A stretch of DNA of 64,000 nt, taken from Polyangiaceae bacterium (GTDB lineage: Bacteria > Myxococcota_A > Polyangia > Polyangiales > Polyangiaceae). The first letter of the stretch is position 1, and every line of letters begins with the position of its first letter. Below the pieces are notes generated by a model. That model ran no database searches. It was not told where the DNA came from and saw nothing but the letters and a program-made list of their open reading frames with translations. The stretch is from positions 992,001 to 1,056,000 of the forward strand of contig CBDCTZ010000015.1 in NCBI GenBank assembly GCA_965222375.1, given 5' to 3'. Shown in pieces: positions 10,846 through 21,300 of the stretch. The position numbers and the translations under genes are program-made.

Positions 10846-12774
10846 TCAGCGAGTTCCGGGAGACGCCGGGCTCAGGTTCCAAATCCAGTTGTCGAGGAGC
10901 AGCAGCGAGTCGAAGACGTGGTCACTGGTATCCCAGACTGCGATCCTAACTTCCATGACCTCGCCGGGCAGCACGTTACCCGCGGTCGTGAGCCAGCCTG
11001 TTCCGCCGCCGAGGAGATTACTGTCATTGGGGGGCGTGCCGCAGCCCCCGGTGTTGGTATCGAGACCGGTGCCGTTGAGGAGAGAGGGCCCAGCGACGCA
11101 GCTGGCTTGACCAAGCACACCGCCGGCGCAACCTGTCTGCCCGGCATCGCAAACAGCGAATAGGTTAGTCCCGAAGGAGAGGTTCACGCTGACGGGAAAG
11201 CGCGTGAAGTTCGGCGCGATGTAAACCGCGAGGTTCTTGTCCTTCGGGTTCGTCGTGGCTCCGGAGTCCACGAGAGCGACGTAAAAATCGTTGAACTGCG
11301 TACAGACGTACTCGGGGAATTCGGCCGAATTGAAGAAGGAGTTGAAACTGAAGGAGCGAGCGTTCGTCGGCACGCGCATGCGCAAAGTCAGCATCACGGG
11401 ATCGTTGGCTGCGCTGCCATTCGGCCCCGGGCAGCCGGGCGAGTTCGGCAAGGTGCCGCCGTTGGCCGCGAGCCAGTCCGCCGGGAAACCGCTCGTGCGC
11501 TGATTGTCTTTGCCGGGCTGGAGAGCCGTGTAGCTCGGGTTCGTGTCGCTCGGAGCTGCCGCCGCGCCCGTGGAAAGGATGGCAAGCCGCTGCCCCTTGA
11601 GGGGGAAGATCGCGTTGCCGAACTTCGGCCGAATGGATTGAGCGGCAGGATTAGGAGTTCCGGTACCACTCGCCAGAGAGAAGCGACCGGAAATGACGCC
11701 CCACTTGCGATCCTTGATCGGAACGAATTCCTTGGTCGTCTGGCAGAGGTCCATCGCCTTGGCGTAGTCCATGGCGTTCGTGGAGCCCGTGTTGGTGACC
11801 TGGTTGTCACAAGGCGGATCGACTTCGTCGAAAAAGCCATCGCAGTCGTCGTCAACGGCGTTGCCGATGTATTCGATGGCGCCGGGATTCACGAGTTCCG
11901 GCGTCACGCTGCAGCCGCCGGGCAAGTCACAGCAATCGCCGTCTTGCACGGACCAGCCATCCTTGTCGCAGTCCCCAACGGCGCAGCCACCGCCGGTGCC
12001 GCCGCTTCCACCGACGCCACCGGTTCCAGCAATCCCACCTGTGCCGCCTCCGCCAGTACCGGCGAAGCCGCCCGTGCCCGCGAAGCCTCCGGTACCGGCG
12101 AAGCCACCCGTGCCTGCAAAGCCGCCGGTGCCCGCGAAGCCTCCGGTACCGGCGAAGCCACCCGTGCCCGCAAAGCCGCCGGTGCCCGCGAAGCCTCCGG
12201 TACCGGCGAAGCCACCCGTGCCCGCGAAGCCGCCGGTGCCGGCGAAGCCGCCCGTGCCGGCGAAGCCGCCCGTGCCCGCGAAACCGCCTGTGCCCGCGAA
12301 ACCGCCTGTGCCACCACCACCCGTGCCTCCGGTTCCATTGCAGGAACCGCAGCCGAGGGAATCGACCTCTTCGACGCATAGTGAATCCCACGCGACATCA
12401 CAGCAAACGGGATCGAAGGCGCACACGCACGCCGAAATGTTCGGGTTGTTGCAGCCAGGTGTCCCTTTCGGAGCACAGCAATCCCCAGGGCTGCCACCGG
12501 TGCCACCGACGGCGCCCGTACCGGCGACTCCACCCGTGCCACCGGCGCCGGTTCCCGCGAAGCCGCCTGTAGCGCCGAAACCACCTGTGGCGCCGAAGCC
12601 ACCCGTGGCAGCGAAGCCGCCATTGCCGCCGCTGGTTGTGCCACCTACGCCACAGTTGGCACCTTCGGGACAATCCAAGTCGCTCAGGAATCCGTCCCGA
12701 GCACCGCAGGCAGCGGAAAGACCGCCTAGGCCAATCAACAGAAAACGGCGAACAGAAGTGGCTGAGCGGAGCAC
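10846..12774 (-). CDS. Cell-surface lipoprotein with GTGGFA repeat linker and choice-of-anchor-L-like C-terminal domain
   Basis: GTG 12774 with GAGGAGG RBS; lipobox SAAC; 'VNPGAIE...NAVDDDCDG' and 'FNSAEFPEYV...FNDFY...DTSDHVFDS' motifs. Confidence 0.8.
   Translation of the reverse strand: MLRSATSVRRFLLIGLGGLSAACGARDGFLSDLDCPEGANCGVGGTTSGGNGGFAATGGFGATGGFGATGGFAGTGAGGTGGVAGTGAVGGTGGSPGDCCAPKGTPGCNNPNISACVCAFDPVCCDVAWDSLCVEEVDSLGCGSCNGTGGTGGGGTGGFAGTGGFAGTGGFAGTGGFAGTGGFAGTGGFAGTGGFAGTGGFAGTGGFAGTGGFAGTGGFAGTGGFAGTGGFAGTGGFAGTGGGGTGGIAGTGGVGGSGGTGGGCAVGDCDKDGWSVQDGDCCDLPGGCSVTPELVNPGAIEYIGNAVDDDCDGFFDEVDPPCDNQVTNTGSTNAMDYAKAMDLCQTTKEFVPIKDRKWGVISGRFSLASGTGTPNPAAQSIRPKFGNAIFPLKGQRLAILSTGAAAAPSDTNPSYTALQPGKDNQRTSGFPADWLAANGGTLPNSPGCPGPNGSAANDPVMLTLRMRVPTNARSFSFNSFFNSAEFPEYVCTQFNDFYVALVDSGATTNPKDKNLAVYIAPNFTRFPVSVNLSFGTNLFAVCDAGQTGCAGGVLGQASCVAGPSLLNGTGLDTNTGGCGTPPNDSNLLGGGTGWLTTAGNVLPGEVMEVRIAVWDTSDHVFDSLLLLDNWIWNLSPASPGTR
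12061..12312. repeat. 18-bp coding tandem repeat, 14 copies (GTGGFA)
   Basis: Direct reading: 252 bp of ggcgaagccgcccgtgcc-like units with synonymous variation. Confidence 0.9.
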
Positions 12775-12822
12775 GTGACCTCCTCGGTGTTGCGCCACGA
12801 TGGCACAACTCCCCGCGCGGCG

Positions 12823-12838
12823 TGCAAGAGCCGCGCCG
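12823..12838 (-). promoter_or_regulatory. Candidate sigma54 (-24/-12) promoter
   Basis: Minus strand CGGCGCGGCTCTTGCA = GG-N10-GC, about 50 bp upstream of GTG 12774. Confidence 0.45.
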
Positions 12839-12945
12839 GGTGCAGCATGCGCCTAGAACTGTGCCGTGCGCAATCCCCACTTGACAGCACGGCGGATCGT
12901 CACAGAATGCACGCGTGGCCGCCTGAACGCGTGTGCGGCCCCGCC

Positions 12946-14103
12946 CTAGGCGCTGCGCCGGTCGACCAGTTCCAAGATGCGTTCGAAACCCCTACGAAGA
13001 ATGGGCTTCGGGCTCAGCAGGCTGACGACGAGGAAGTGAGGCCGCGGAAAATCGTAGAGCCAACCCGGCTGGACCACGACATCGCATTCCACCAAGAGAG
13101 ACTGGGCCCAGGCGTCATCGTCCTGAATCGCGGGCATTCTGAGCGGCGCGTACCAGCCTCCTTCCACGGGCAACACCGTGACGGCGCTGCCCTGAGCCAT
13201 GGCGATGAGGGTCGCGTGGTTGTCACGGCAACGAGCAGCAATCGCCTCTCGAGTACGACGTCCCAGCTGCAGCACCGCCTCCAACGCGAGCTGCACAGGC
13301 GTTGCCACAGAGAGATACGCATCCGCGATGACCTCCAAGCGAGTTCGAGCGGTGCTGACCACTTCGGGTTCACCACTCAACACCATCCACGAGAGCTTCA
13401 GTTGAGGCAACCCGACCTGCTTCGACAAGCCACCCAGCTCAATGTTGAAAGGTGCGCGGCTATCCTGGAGAGTGCATGCTCGCGCCGGGTCGGGGTCGAA
13501 GGCGTAGGCAGAGAACACTTCGTCAGAGACGATCGGCACGCCCAGCGACGACAGGTCCTTCAATTCGTTGCGCTTGAGGAAGTTCCCAGTGGGGTTGTTT
13601 GGATTGACGATGAAAAGTCCGCGGTAGTCGGTTTCGGGTGCGTCAGCCACGAGCCCGTGATGCCAAGCACCGTCGTACTCGAGAGCGGCCCGCTGTATGT
13701 CGACCTGCTCGAGTTGCGCGAGGTGATCCAGGAGAGGATAGCTCGGGCTGGGAGCCCAAATCCGATCCCCGGGATCGGCCAATAGTTTCAGACTGAACCC
13801 ATAGGCCTCGCTAGTGCTGGAGGTCAGTACGATCTGCTCCGGATCGACGACCTTGCCGAAGCGGGCGAGCTCCGCCGCAACCGCCGCGCGCGCCATTGGC
13901 AGTCCAAAAGGCTCAGCCTGGTAGTCCGCGCCGCTAGCCTGCGCGAAGGCCTCGGAAAGAGCTGCGTAGTCGTAGGGCAGGCCCGCCCGAGTGGGGTTGC
14001 TCTGGGTCAGATCAACGAGAGCCCTGCCCTCGTTACGGGCCTGCCGGAGCCGTGCCGCGAAGGCGTGTTCCTCAGCGGGAAAGCGGCTCCGGCGGCTCAG
14101 CAC
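12946..14103 (-). CDS. PLP-dependent aminotransferase class I/II
   Basis: NPNNPTG, SDEVF, GGLSKQVGLPQLKLSW motifs. Confidence 0.9.
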   Translation of the reverse strand: MLSRRSRFPAEEHAFAARLRQARNEGRALVDLTQSNPTRAGLPYDYAALSEAFAQASGADYQAEPFGLPMARAAVAAELARFGKVVDPEQIVLTSSTSEAYGFSLKLLADPGDRIWAPSPSYPLLDHLAQLEQVDIQRAALEYDGAWHHGLVADAPETDYRGLFIVNPNNPTGNFLKRNELKDLSSLGVPIVSDEVFSAYAFDPDPARACTLQDSRAPFNIELGGLSKQVGLPQLKLSWMVLSGEPEVVSTARTRLEVIADAYLSVATPVQLALEAVLQLGRRTREAIAARCRDNHATLIAMAQGSAVTVLPVEGGWYAPLRMPAIQDDDAWAQSLLVECDVVVQPGWLYDFPRPHFLVVSLLSPKPILRRGFERILELVDRRSA

Positions 14104-14181
14104 CGGAGCAACCCGCGCGCCGAGGCTCCGAGCTCATCAGCCACGGATTGCCCGGGCGCTAGCTGCGAGGAGTATGATGAC

Positions 14182-15318
14182 ATGGTGAGCGAAGGTGAGC
14201 TGGCACCGGGCACGACCGTTGGGCAGTACGTGATCGAAAGTCGCATCGGCGCCGGCGGCATGGGTGAGGTCTACCAGGCCATGCATACCGGGCTCAACAA
14301 GCGTGTCGCCATCAAGACCCTGCGTAGCGAGCACGCCAACAACGAAGCCGTGTTGAGCCGCTTCCTGCGCGAAGGGCAAGTCGCATCGCGCATTCGGCAC
14401 CCCAATGTGGTTGATGTCACTGACGTAGGCCTCATCGGGGATCTGCCTTGCATGGTGATGGAGTACATGCAGGGCGAAAGCCTATCGGATCTGCTCAAGC
14501 GCGAGAAGAAGCTGCCCTTGAACGAACTCGTTGACTGGATGCTCCCGGTCATCGCAGCAGTCCACGCAGCACACGTGCAGGGAGTCGTGCATCGCGACAT
14601 CAAGCCCGGCAACATCTTCCTGGCCAAAGCATGGTCCGGAGAGGTCACGCCGAAGGTGCTCGACTTTGGGATTTCGAAGATCCTGGAAGATGCGAGCGAG
14701 ATCACACGCAGCTCCGGGTCGTCCTTCCTGGGCTCGCCGCACTATGCCTCGCCGGAACTTGCCCGAGGTGAGAAGGACCTCGACGCGAAGTCAGACCAAT
14801 ACGCTTTGGGAGTCGTTCTCTACGAAGGCTCGACCGGCCGGCGACCCTTCGCCGGCAAGGCCACGTCCTTCATGGCCTTGATGTACGCCATCGCTGGCGG
14901 CCAATTCCCACCCCCAACCGAACACGAACCAAACTTGCCCCCCGCCTTCGAGGCGGCTGTCTTGCGGTCGATGGCGACACGGCGTGAGGACCGATACCCT
15001 GGCGTGCAGGAGCTGGGTGCCGCGCTGCTGCCTTTTGCGAGCCCACGTTCGGTTCTGCTTTGGGAGCCCGTTTTCGGAAAGTCCAAGCAAGCCCCCGCAG
15101 CCGCTGGACCGGCTCTAAGCGGTGAGGCCGCGCCAGACGCTCGGCCCAAGGCCACTGCTGTCGGCATGGCCACCAAAGCGGTGGGTTGGGCGGTCGCTTT
15201 CGTGCTGGGCGTCACACTTTCCTGGGGCGCGCTACGCCTATTCGCGCTGTCGAAGGGCGTAACCGAAAACCCTATGGCGCAGCCAAAGCCCACGGTGGAA
15301 AGCGCGGATTCCAAGTAG
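14182..15318 (+). CDS. Hanks-type Ser/Thr protein kinase with C-terminal TM
   Basis: ATG 14182 with GAGGAG RBS; IGAGGMGEV, VAIK, HRDIKPGN, DFGISK, YASPE. Confidence 0.93.
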   Translation: MVSEGELAPGTTVGQYVIESRIGAGGMGEVYQAMHTGLNKRVAIKTLRSEHANNEAVLSRFLREGQVASRIRHPNVVDVTDVGLIGDLPCMVMEYMQGESLSDLLKREKKLPLNELVDWMLPVIAAVHAAHVQGVVHRDIKPGNIFLAKAWSGEVTPKVLDFGISKILEDASEITRSSGSSFLGSPHYASPELARGEKDLDAKSDQYALGVVLYEGSTGRRPFAGKATSFMALMYAIAGGQFPPPTEHEPNLPPAFEAAVLRSMATRREDRYPGVQELGAALLPFASPRSVLLWEPVFGKSKQAPAAAGPALSGEAAPDARPKATAVGMATKAVGWAVAFVLGVTLSWGALRLFALSKGVTENPMAQPKPTVESADSK

Positions 15319-15344
15319 CGAAAAATCGGCTAACCTGGGCGACC

Positions 15345-15674
15345 ATGCTCAGCGGCCTCAATCAACAGCAACGCCTACTCCTTCTCCGCTTCGTATGCTC
15401 CTACGCCTGGGCCGATCTCGAGATCAAGGAGGGCGAGCGGCGCTTCGTGGAACGCCTAGCCCAACGCATGGAGCTGGATGACGACGAGCGAAAGCAGGTC
15501 GAGCAGTGGCTACATGTGGCACCTGCGCCCAGCGACGTCGACCCGCAACAGATCCCGGCGGAACACCGTCGCGTGTTTTTCGAGGCCTGCCGCGCGGTGC
15601 TTTACGCGGATGGTGAGGCAGACGACGTGGAGAAGGCACATCTGGAAGAGCTGCGCACCGCCCTCGCACTGTGA
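15345..15674 (+). CDS. TerB-family protein
   Basis: 'AWADLEIKEGERRF...AVLYADGEADDVEK' paired ADG-like TerB motifs. Confidence 0.75.
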   Translation: MLSGLNQQQRLLLLRFVCSYAWADLEIKEGERRFVERLAQRMELDDDERKQVEQWLHVAPAPSDVDPQQIPAEHRRVFFEACRAVLYADGEADDVEKAHLEELRTALAL

Positions 15675-15880
15675 TCGCGCTGGAGCAGCGTTTCGAAGCC
15701 CACGACTCGCAACTGACGCCGGCTTCGACCGATTCGCCAACTACTCACTGCCCGCCCTCAATGTGTGGGGGGGCACCGTGTGATGGAGGTTGGGTTGGGT
15801 CGACGCGCTTCGCGATACCCGAAGGGGTGAGCCCTGGGGCGGTCCTTGAGCACCAATCCCGCGGTCGGTCGAAAGGTGCG

Positions 15881-16756
15881 TCAGGTGCGCGGGACCCAGA
15901 TGTCTTCGGCGCTGGTCGGGTTGTCGACCAAGACCCGGACGTGATGATGCATCACCCGGCGCCCCTGCCGACGGATTCGTGGAACCTCGGCTGCGTTCAC
16001 GTACAACACACCGTCATCCCGGGTTTGCGAAATCCGCTCGCCGCCGCCACGCAAACGGCGATGCATGTGACCCGCAACGACCGCCACCACGCGCTTTCCG
16101 CTGGCTCTTGCGTAGGCGATAGCCTCCGTTAGATCCCGATCACCAAAATCCCCGGCCTGCTCCTTGAAGTCACAACCCCAAATGTCTCCGCGGTCAGCGC
16201 CCAACCCGTGGGGGCCGTTGTGGGCCAGGATTAAAACTCGTTCGTCTCGAATGCTGTCGATGAGAGTGCGGTACCTCTGGGTGGATGCTTCCATACTCGG
16301 GACTGCGTACTGCCGTCTCAACAACGGTGCGAAGGACAACTGGGAACCGCCCATGGCATGGGGTCGGCCGACGAGGATCGTGAGCGCTTTGTCTGGAAGG
16401 GAATGGGTGCTGTAGCCACACAGGGTCACGCTACCCAAAGCGCTGCGAAGGTCCGCGGCTAGCTTTCGGCCAAACAGACCCATGGCTTCCACGACGAATG
16501 GACGTTGAACGACCTCTGCCAGTAGCTGCGGTGCAAGCACCGCGTCATGGTTACCAGGAAGGAACAGTGCTGGGGTACGCAGGCGTGCAATGCGCTCGGC
16601 AACCTCCAAGGTCTTGCCGTGGCGGTAATTGCCCAGGTCACCGACGAAGAGGACTATGTCATAGTCGGAGTCATCGAAGTATTCGACGTCGTGATCGTCC
16701 CACTTGTGGTGTACGTCGCCGACGACCGCGACGCGGACCGTGGGCCACCCAGCCAT
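15881..16756 (-). CDS. Calcineurin-like metallophosphoesterase
   Basis: GDVH, GDLG, GNHD, HNGP, GHMH motifs. Confidence 0.9.
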   Translation of the reverse strand: MAGWPTVRVAVVGDVHHKWDDHDVEYFDDSDYDIVLFVGDLGNYRHGKTLEVAERIARLRTPALFLPGNHDAVLAPQLLAEVVQRPFVVEAMGLFGRKLAADLRSALGSVTLCGYSTHSLPDKALTILVGRPHAMGGSQLSFAPLLRRQYAVPSMEASTQRYRTLIDSIRDERVLILAHNGPHGLGADRGDIWGCDFKEQAGDFGDRDLTEAIAYARASGKRVVAVVAGHMHRRLRGGGERISQTRDDGVLYVNAAEVPRIRRQGRRVMHHHVRVLVDNPTSAEDIWVPRT

Positions 16757-16759
16757 GAC

Positions 16760-17557
16760 TCAAAAAGACCAGCCGATGTTAAGATTCAGCAGCGGTCCGA
16801 AGCGGGAATCGCTTTCTTGAGCGGAATTACCTGAAGTGTCTTCCGCCTCGGCCTCGATCGCTAGATACTGCACGCCTCCTTGGGCCAGGAAGGTGAACCC
16901 ACCCGACGTAATCAGCTTGTAGCCAACGAAAGGTCCCACTGCGACGCCTTCCGCGACGCCACGGACCTCCGCATTGTCGAGTTCGTCCGTATCGACATTG
17001 ACGTAGAGCAGCTCTGCACCTGCGATCAGGCTTTGGAAGGCTTCCAAAGGGTACCAAGACAGTTGAGCGCCGAGTTCAAAAACCCGGAAACGCACGTCCT
17101 GCCCGCTGTCTTCAACTTTTGCGCTTCCGTAGCCCCCGAGCACGCTCACGCCAAAACCGTCCACGACACGAATCTCCACCATCGGCTCGAACACCGGCAG
17201 AATCAGGTGTATCGGTGACATCGTGAGGGATACGCTGCGCACCGGGTCGGGGGGAGCCGGAGGTGGACCCTGCGGTGGCGGGGGGTAGGCGTACGCAGGG
17301 GCAGGTGCGTATCCCGTTCCTTGCGGAGGGGGAGCCTGCGCTGGCGGAGCTGGCCCAGCTGGTTGCGTGGTCGGCGCGACCGGGGGCGGAGCGGGTGGCT
17401 CCGGGGCCGGCGCCGGCGCAGCCTCGACCGGTGGCATCTCCCCGGTGGGTGGTGCGTCCGGAGGCGGATCCGTCGCGGGTTGCGCAGCGCTGGCCCCCGC
17501 CCAAGAGGCGAAGCCAAGCGCCACGCTGATCGCGATCAGGCTACTTGCGCGAGGCAA
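16760..17557 (-). CDS. Exported Pro-rich, outer-membrane beta-barrel-like protein
   Basis: TTG 17557 gives a signal peptide; Pro-rich linker; ends 'LNLNIGWSF' (OMP-type C-terminus). Start uncertain. Confidence 0.65.
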   Translation of the reverse strand: MPRASSLIAISVALGFASWAGASAAQPATDPPPDAPPTGEMPPVEAAPAPAPEPPAPPPVAPTTQPAGPAPPAQAPPPQGTGYAPAPAYAYPPPPQGPPPAPPDPVRSVSLTMSPIHLILPVFEPMVEIRVVDGFGVSVLGGYGSAKVEDSGQDVRFRVFELGAQLSWYPLEAFQSLIAGAELLYVNVDTDELDNAEVRGVAEGVAVGPFVGYKLITSGGFTFLAQGGVQYLAIEAEAEDTSGNSAQESDSRFGPLLNLNIGWSF

Positions 17558-18266
17558 AGCTGGAGGTGTCGTCGCTACCCGCGGCGCTTTCGACGAGCTC
17601 GGCCTTGTAGATAATCTTTCCATCCTTGGTGATGACTTCGCCCGAAAGGTCCTTGCCGTCAACGCTGCGGCTCACGGCAAGCTCGTGGGTTTCATCCCCG
17701 ACGGAAACGCGATAGCGGGTTTTCTTGCAATCTTGCGCCTTGCCGGCAACTAGACATGTGCCGTTGCCGGCCTCAATCACGGCGTCGTTGCTGTCAGGCA
17801 CGAACAGCGTCCGGCTGATCATGGCCTCATAGGCCGCCGTGCTCGACGCCACTTCAGCGCCATCTTTGACTTCCCGAACTCGCAAGACACGGTCAGAAGC
17901 GATGTCGTGGGTGACCCGGAGCGTTTTCTCGCTCTTCCCGTCATCCAAGGTGTAGTCGATCACGATCAGACTACCCTTTTTGGCGCGGACTTCTTCGGTC
18001 AGGGACAGAGCCTGCTTGGTGAAGCTGCCAGAAAAACGGTGAACGGTGTAGTCGCCGACGCCCTTGTGAGCGAAGGGAGACAGGGATTCGCTTTCCTCGA
18101 AAGGCGAATCCGGCTCGAACTCGCTGGTGGCCAGTTCGGATTTGTCCTCGTCGTCCGACGATTTCACGTCGGCGGTGAGGGCCGTGTCTCGAGGACCGAT
18201 GGCATTTGCCCCGCATCCGATGGCGAATGCGGCGATGGACGAAAGGAGCAGGAGCTTGCTTCGCAT
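17541..18266 (-). CDS. Hypothetical lipoprotein
   Basis: MRSKLLLLSSIAAFAIGC lipobox; protein-like composition. Confidence 0.7.
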   Translation of the reverse strand: MRSKLLLLSSIAAFAIGCGANAIGPRDTALTADVKSSDDEDKSELATSEFEPDSPFEESESLSPFAHKGVGDYTVHRFSGSFTKQALSLTEEVRAKKGSLIVIDYTLDDGKSEKTLRVTHDIASDRVLRVREVKDGAEVASSTAAYEAMISRTLFVPDSNDAVIEAGNGTCLVAGKAQDCKKTRYRVSVGDETHELAVSRSVDGKDLSGEVITKDGKIIYKAELVESAAGSDDTSSFASRK

Positions 18267-18323
18267 GTCGCGGTTTGGCCACAACCGCTGCGCTTTGGCC
18301 AAATTTGCGACGCCGGTTCCGAC

Positions 18324-21300
18324 TCAGTTCGTGACGACCTGGGTTCCAGGCGTCAGCTGCTCGTGCTCGTCTTGAGGCACGATGTCCAGCAGCCTCAGCT
18401 TCTTTGAAATCGTCTCCACGACGTCGGGATACTTCCGCGACAGAGCCGTTGCGCCGGTGGAAGCGGCAAAAGCGGTGGCCCAGCCGACCGGGCCGAGGGG
18501 TCGGCAACCGAAGAAGTGGCTAACCCCCGGGGTCTGAACCAGTACTGCCAAGGCGCCCATGCTCAGCGCGCTGGTCAGGATGACCGGGCGACTGTATCCC
18601 CCGGCGACCACGGTTTGACCGAGCTGGGTCCCCACCAGGGACAGCAGCCCCACGGTGCTTGCGCGCTCACGACCACCGAGCACCCTCGCTCCCAACCACG
18701 CAGCGCTCGCGCCGCCAGCAGTCACGACCGCCCGCGCGGCTACATCCCGGCGGAGAAGATGGGATAGGGACGCTTCAGGCCCTTCCTGAGCGAGGGCATC
18801 CAGGGTTTCCTGGGAGGGCGGCTGAAGGGCGACGGCCATGGCCGGCGCCACATCCGTCAGCAGGTTCACCAGTAGCAGCTGGCGGGCATTCAGGGGTGGG
18901 CGCCCGTCGACCAGACCGGCGCCGAGGGTGAAGCCGATCTCGCCTAGGTTTCCCCCGACCAAAATGGAGACGGCGTCGCGCACGGATCTCCAGACGGCAC
19001 GACCTTCCACGATGGCGTCGACGAGGGTTTCGATGCGTTCATCCGTCAGCACTACGTCCGCCGCGCCACGCGCGGCTGCGGTGCTGTTCTCGCCGATGGC
19101 AATACCGACGTTCGCGAGGCGAATGGCCGGTGCGTCGTTTGCCCCGTCGCCGACCATGGCCACGCACTTTCCCGCACGCTGCAATGCTCGCACCGCGCGG
19201 ACCTTTTGGGACGGCGTCAGACGCGCAAACACCGCGATTTTCGGAATCCGGTCATCGAGTTCCTCATCGGAAAGCCGCATCAATTCGGATCCGGTGAGAA
19301 TCTCTTTGTCACCCAACAGATTCAGTTCGCTGGCGATAGCCTCCGCCGTGCTTGGATGATCACCGGTGATCATCACCGTGCTCACGCCTATCTCCTTCAG
19401 ACGCGCTAGAGCGGCCGCGGCCGTTGGGCGAACAGGATCACTGAACGCAATGAACCCCATGAACGCCAGGCCCACGGGTCGATAAGGGTCGAGGCGATCT
19501 TCGGGTCCGACGGAGCGCTCCGCCACCGCCAAGACGCGGAGCCCACGCTTCGCAAGATCCGTCGCCGTCTTGGCAAGCTCCTCTGCCTCTCCGGCATCCA
19601 GAGGCTTGCGACTCCCACCTCTCATCCAGGCAGAGCACTGAGGCAACACGACCTCCGGCGCACCCTTCACGCTCAACCACGAGTCGTACTCCGCTGCGCC
19701 GAGGACAGCGTGGTAACCACGCCCCGCTTCGAAGGCGAGTTCCGAAACTCGATGCCAAGAATCGACGCCGTAAACATGCGTTATTATTAGCTTTTTGGTG
19801 GCGCGCTGCAGGGCGGCGTCGGTCGGATCGAAACTCTCGTTGGGACTTCTGGCATCGGGGGTGGCGCGCAGCGCTGCAGCAAGCACACGCAACCGCGCTC
19901 CCGAAATGTCATCGACCTGCTCCTCGCTGGCTCCGTCGGAAACACAACTGAGTTCGATGCGCCCCTGGGTGACCGTACCGGTCTTGTCCACGCACACCGT
20001 GTCGACTCGGCCCAAAGCTTCGACGCTGCGGTGGTTGCGCACCAGCGCGCCACGTTTGCTCAAGCGTTCTGCTGCCGAGAGCTGCGCTGCCGTGGCAATC
20101 AACGGCAAGCCTTCCGGGACCGAGGCAACCGCAAGGCTGACTCCAGCTGCGATCACATCGCTGAGCTTGCGCCCACGAATCAGCCCAACTCCCACCAGCC
20201 CCGCAGCGGCGCTCACAGCGACCGGAGCCGTGATGTCGACCAGGGATGAGAGACGCCGCTCCACGCCGCTATCTTGGGGATCGACCGCAGGAGCCGAACC
20301 GCTTCGGCGCGCCTCGGTTTGGTCACCGGCTGCGACGACAACCGCAGCTGCCCGGCCCGCTGCGATGCTCGTTCCCTCGAAGAGCATCGAGCTCCGGTCC
20401 GCAATCTCGTTCTCGAAAGACGGCTTGGCCGCCTTCGGCACCGGCAGGGATTCACCGGTCAAGCTGGAAGCATCCACCTCCAAGGACTCACTCTCGAGGA
20501 TCCGGCAATCCGCCGGCACGACCTCTCCGGGAGACAGGATCACGACATCGCCGCGGACGACTTCACTGACCGGAATGCGTCGGAGCTCACCCCCACGTCG
20601 CACGAGCGCCTTGCGAGTAGCCGTCCGAGAAAGCACGCGGATGGCGCGTTCGGTGCGAAAGCGTTGGACTCCACCGATGCTGGCGTTGAGCAGCACGACC
20701 GCACCCACCATGGCCGCGTCGCTCAAGGACCCAACGACGGCAGACAGCCCCGCGCCGGCAGCGAGCAACGGCGCAAGGGGGTTGAACAACTCGTCCGTAA
20801 CGTGATCGAAGAGTTCGACTGGCGCCGGACGCTTGGAGGGGGCGAGGGGGCGACGATCCCGAGCCTCTCCTCGGGTCAAGCCACGGGAAGAGCTGCCCAG
20901 GCGTTCCAGGACGCCATGTCCATCCAGGGCGTGCCAAGGGGTTCGATCCCGAGGTGCAGGAAGTACGCGGCGCTCCGACGTAGCGTTGGCTCGGGCTCCC
21001 GCGGCCATCGCCACCAAGGTGGCGGTGTTGACAACGGCAATAACGCGCCGGGTAGTCATCGGCACCACGCCGCCCGCAGAAATCAAGGTTCCGAACGTCG
21101 CTGCGCCCAACGCAACGTTCACACTCTGTTTTGAGACGCGACGCGCCGCCACGCATGCGTTCAAGACGAAACGCACATCCGTCAAATCCCTGGAACAGAT
21201 CAGATGAGCCCCCATGGGAGCGGGCTCCCCCTCTGCGATCAGGCCGATACCGCAATCCGCGGCCGATAGCGCTCGGGAGTCGGTGCCAGTCGCCACCAAC

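Noticed and set aside
11771..12778. 335-aa PPVPAK-repeat ORF on the plus strand
   Set aside because: Antisense shadow of the GTGGFA repeat gene, which has an RBS, lipobox and recognisable domain
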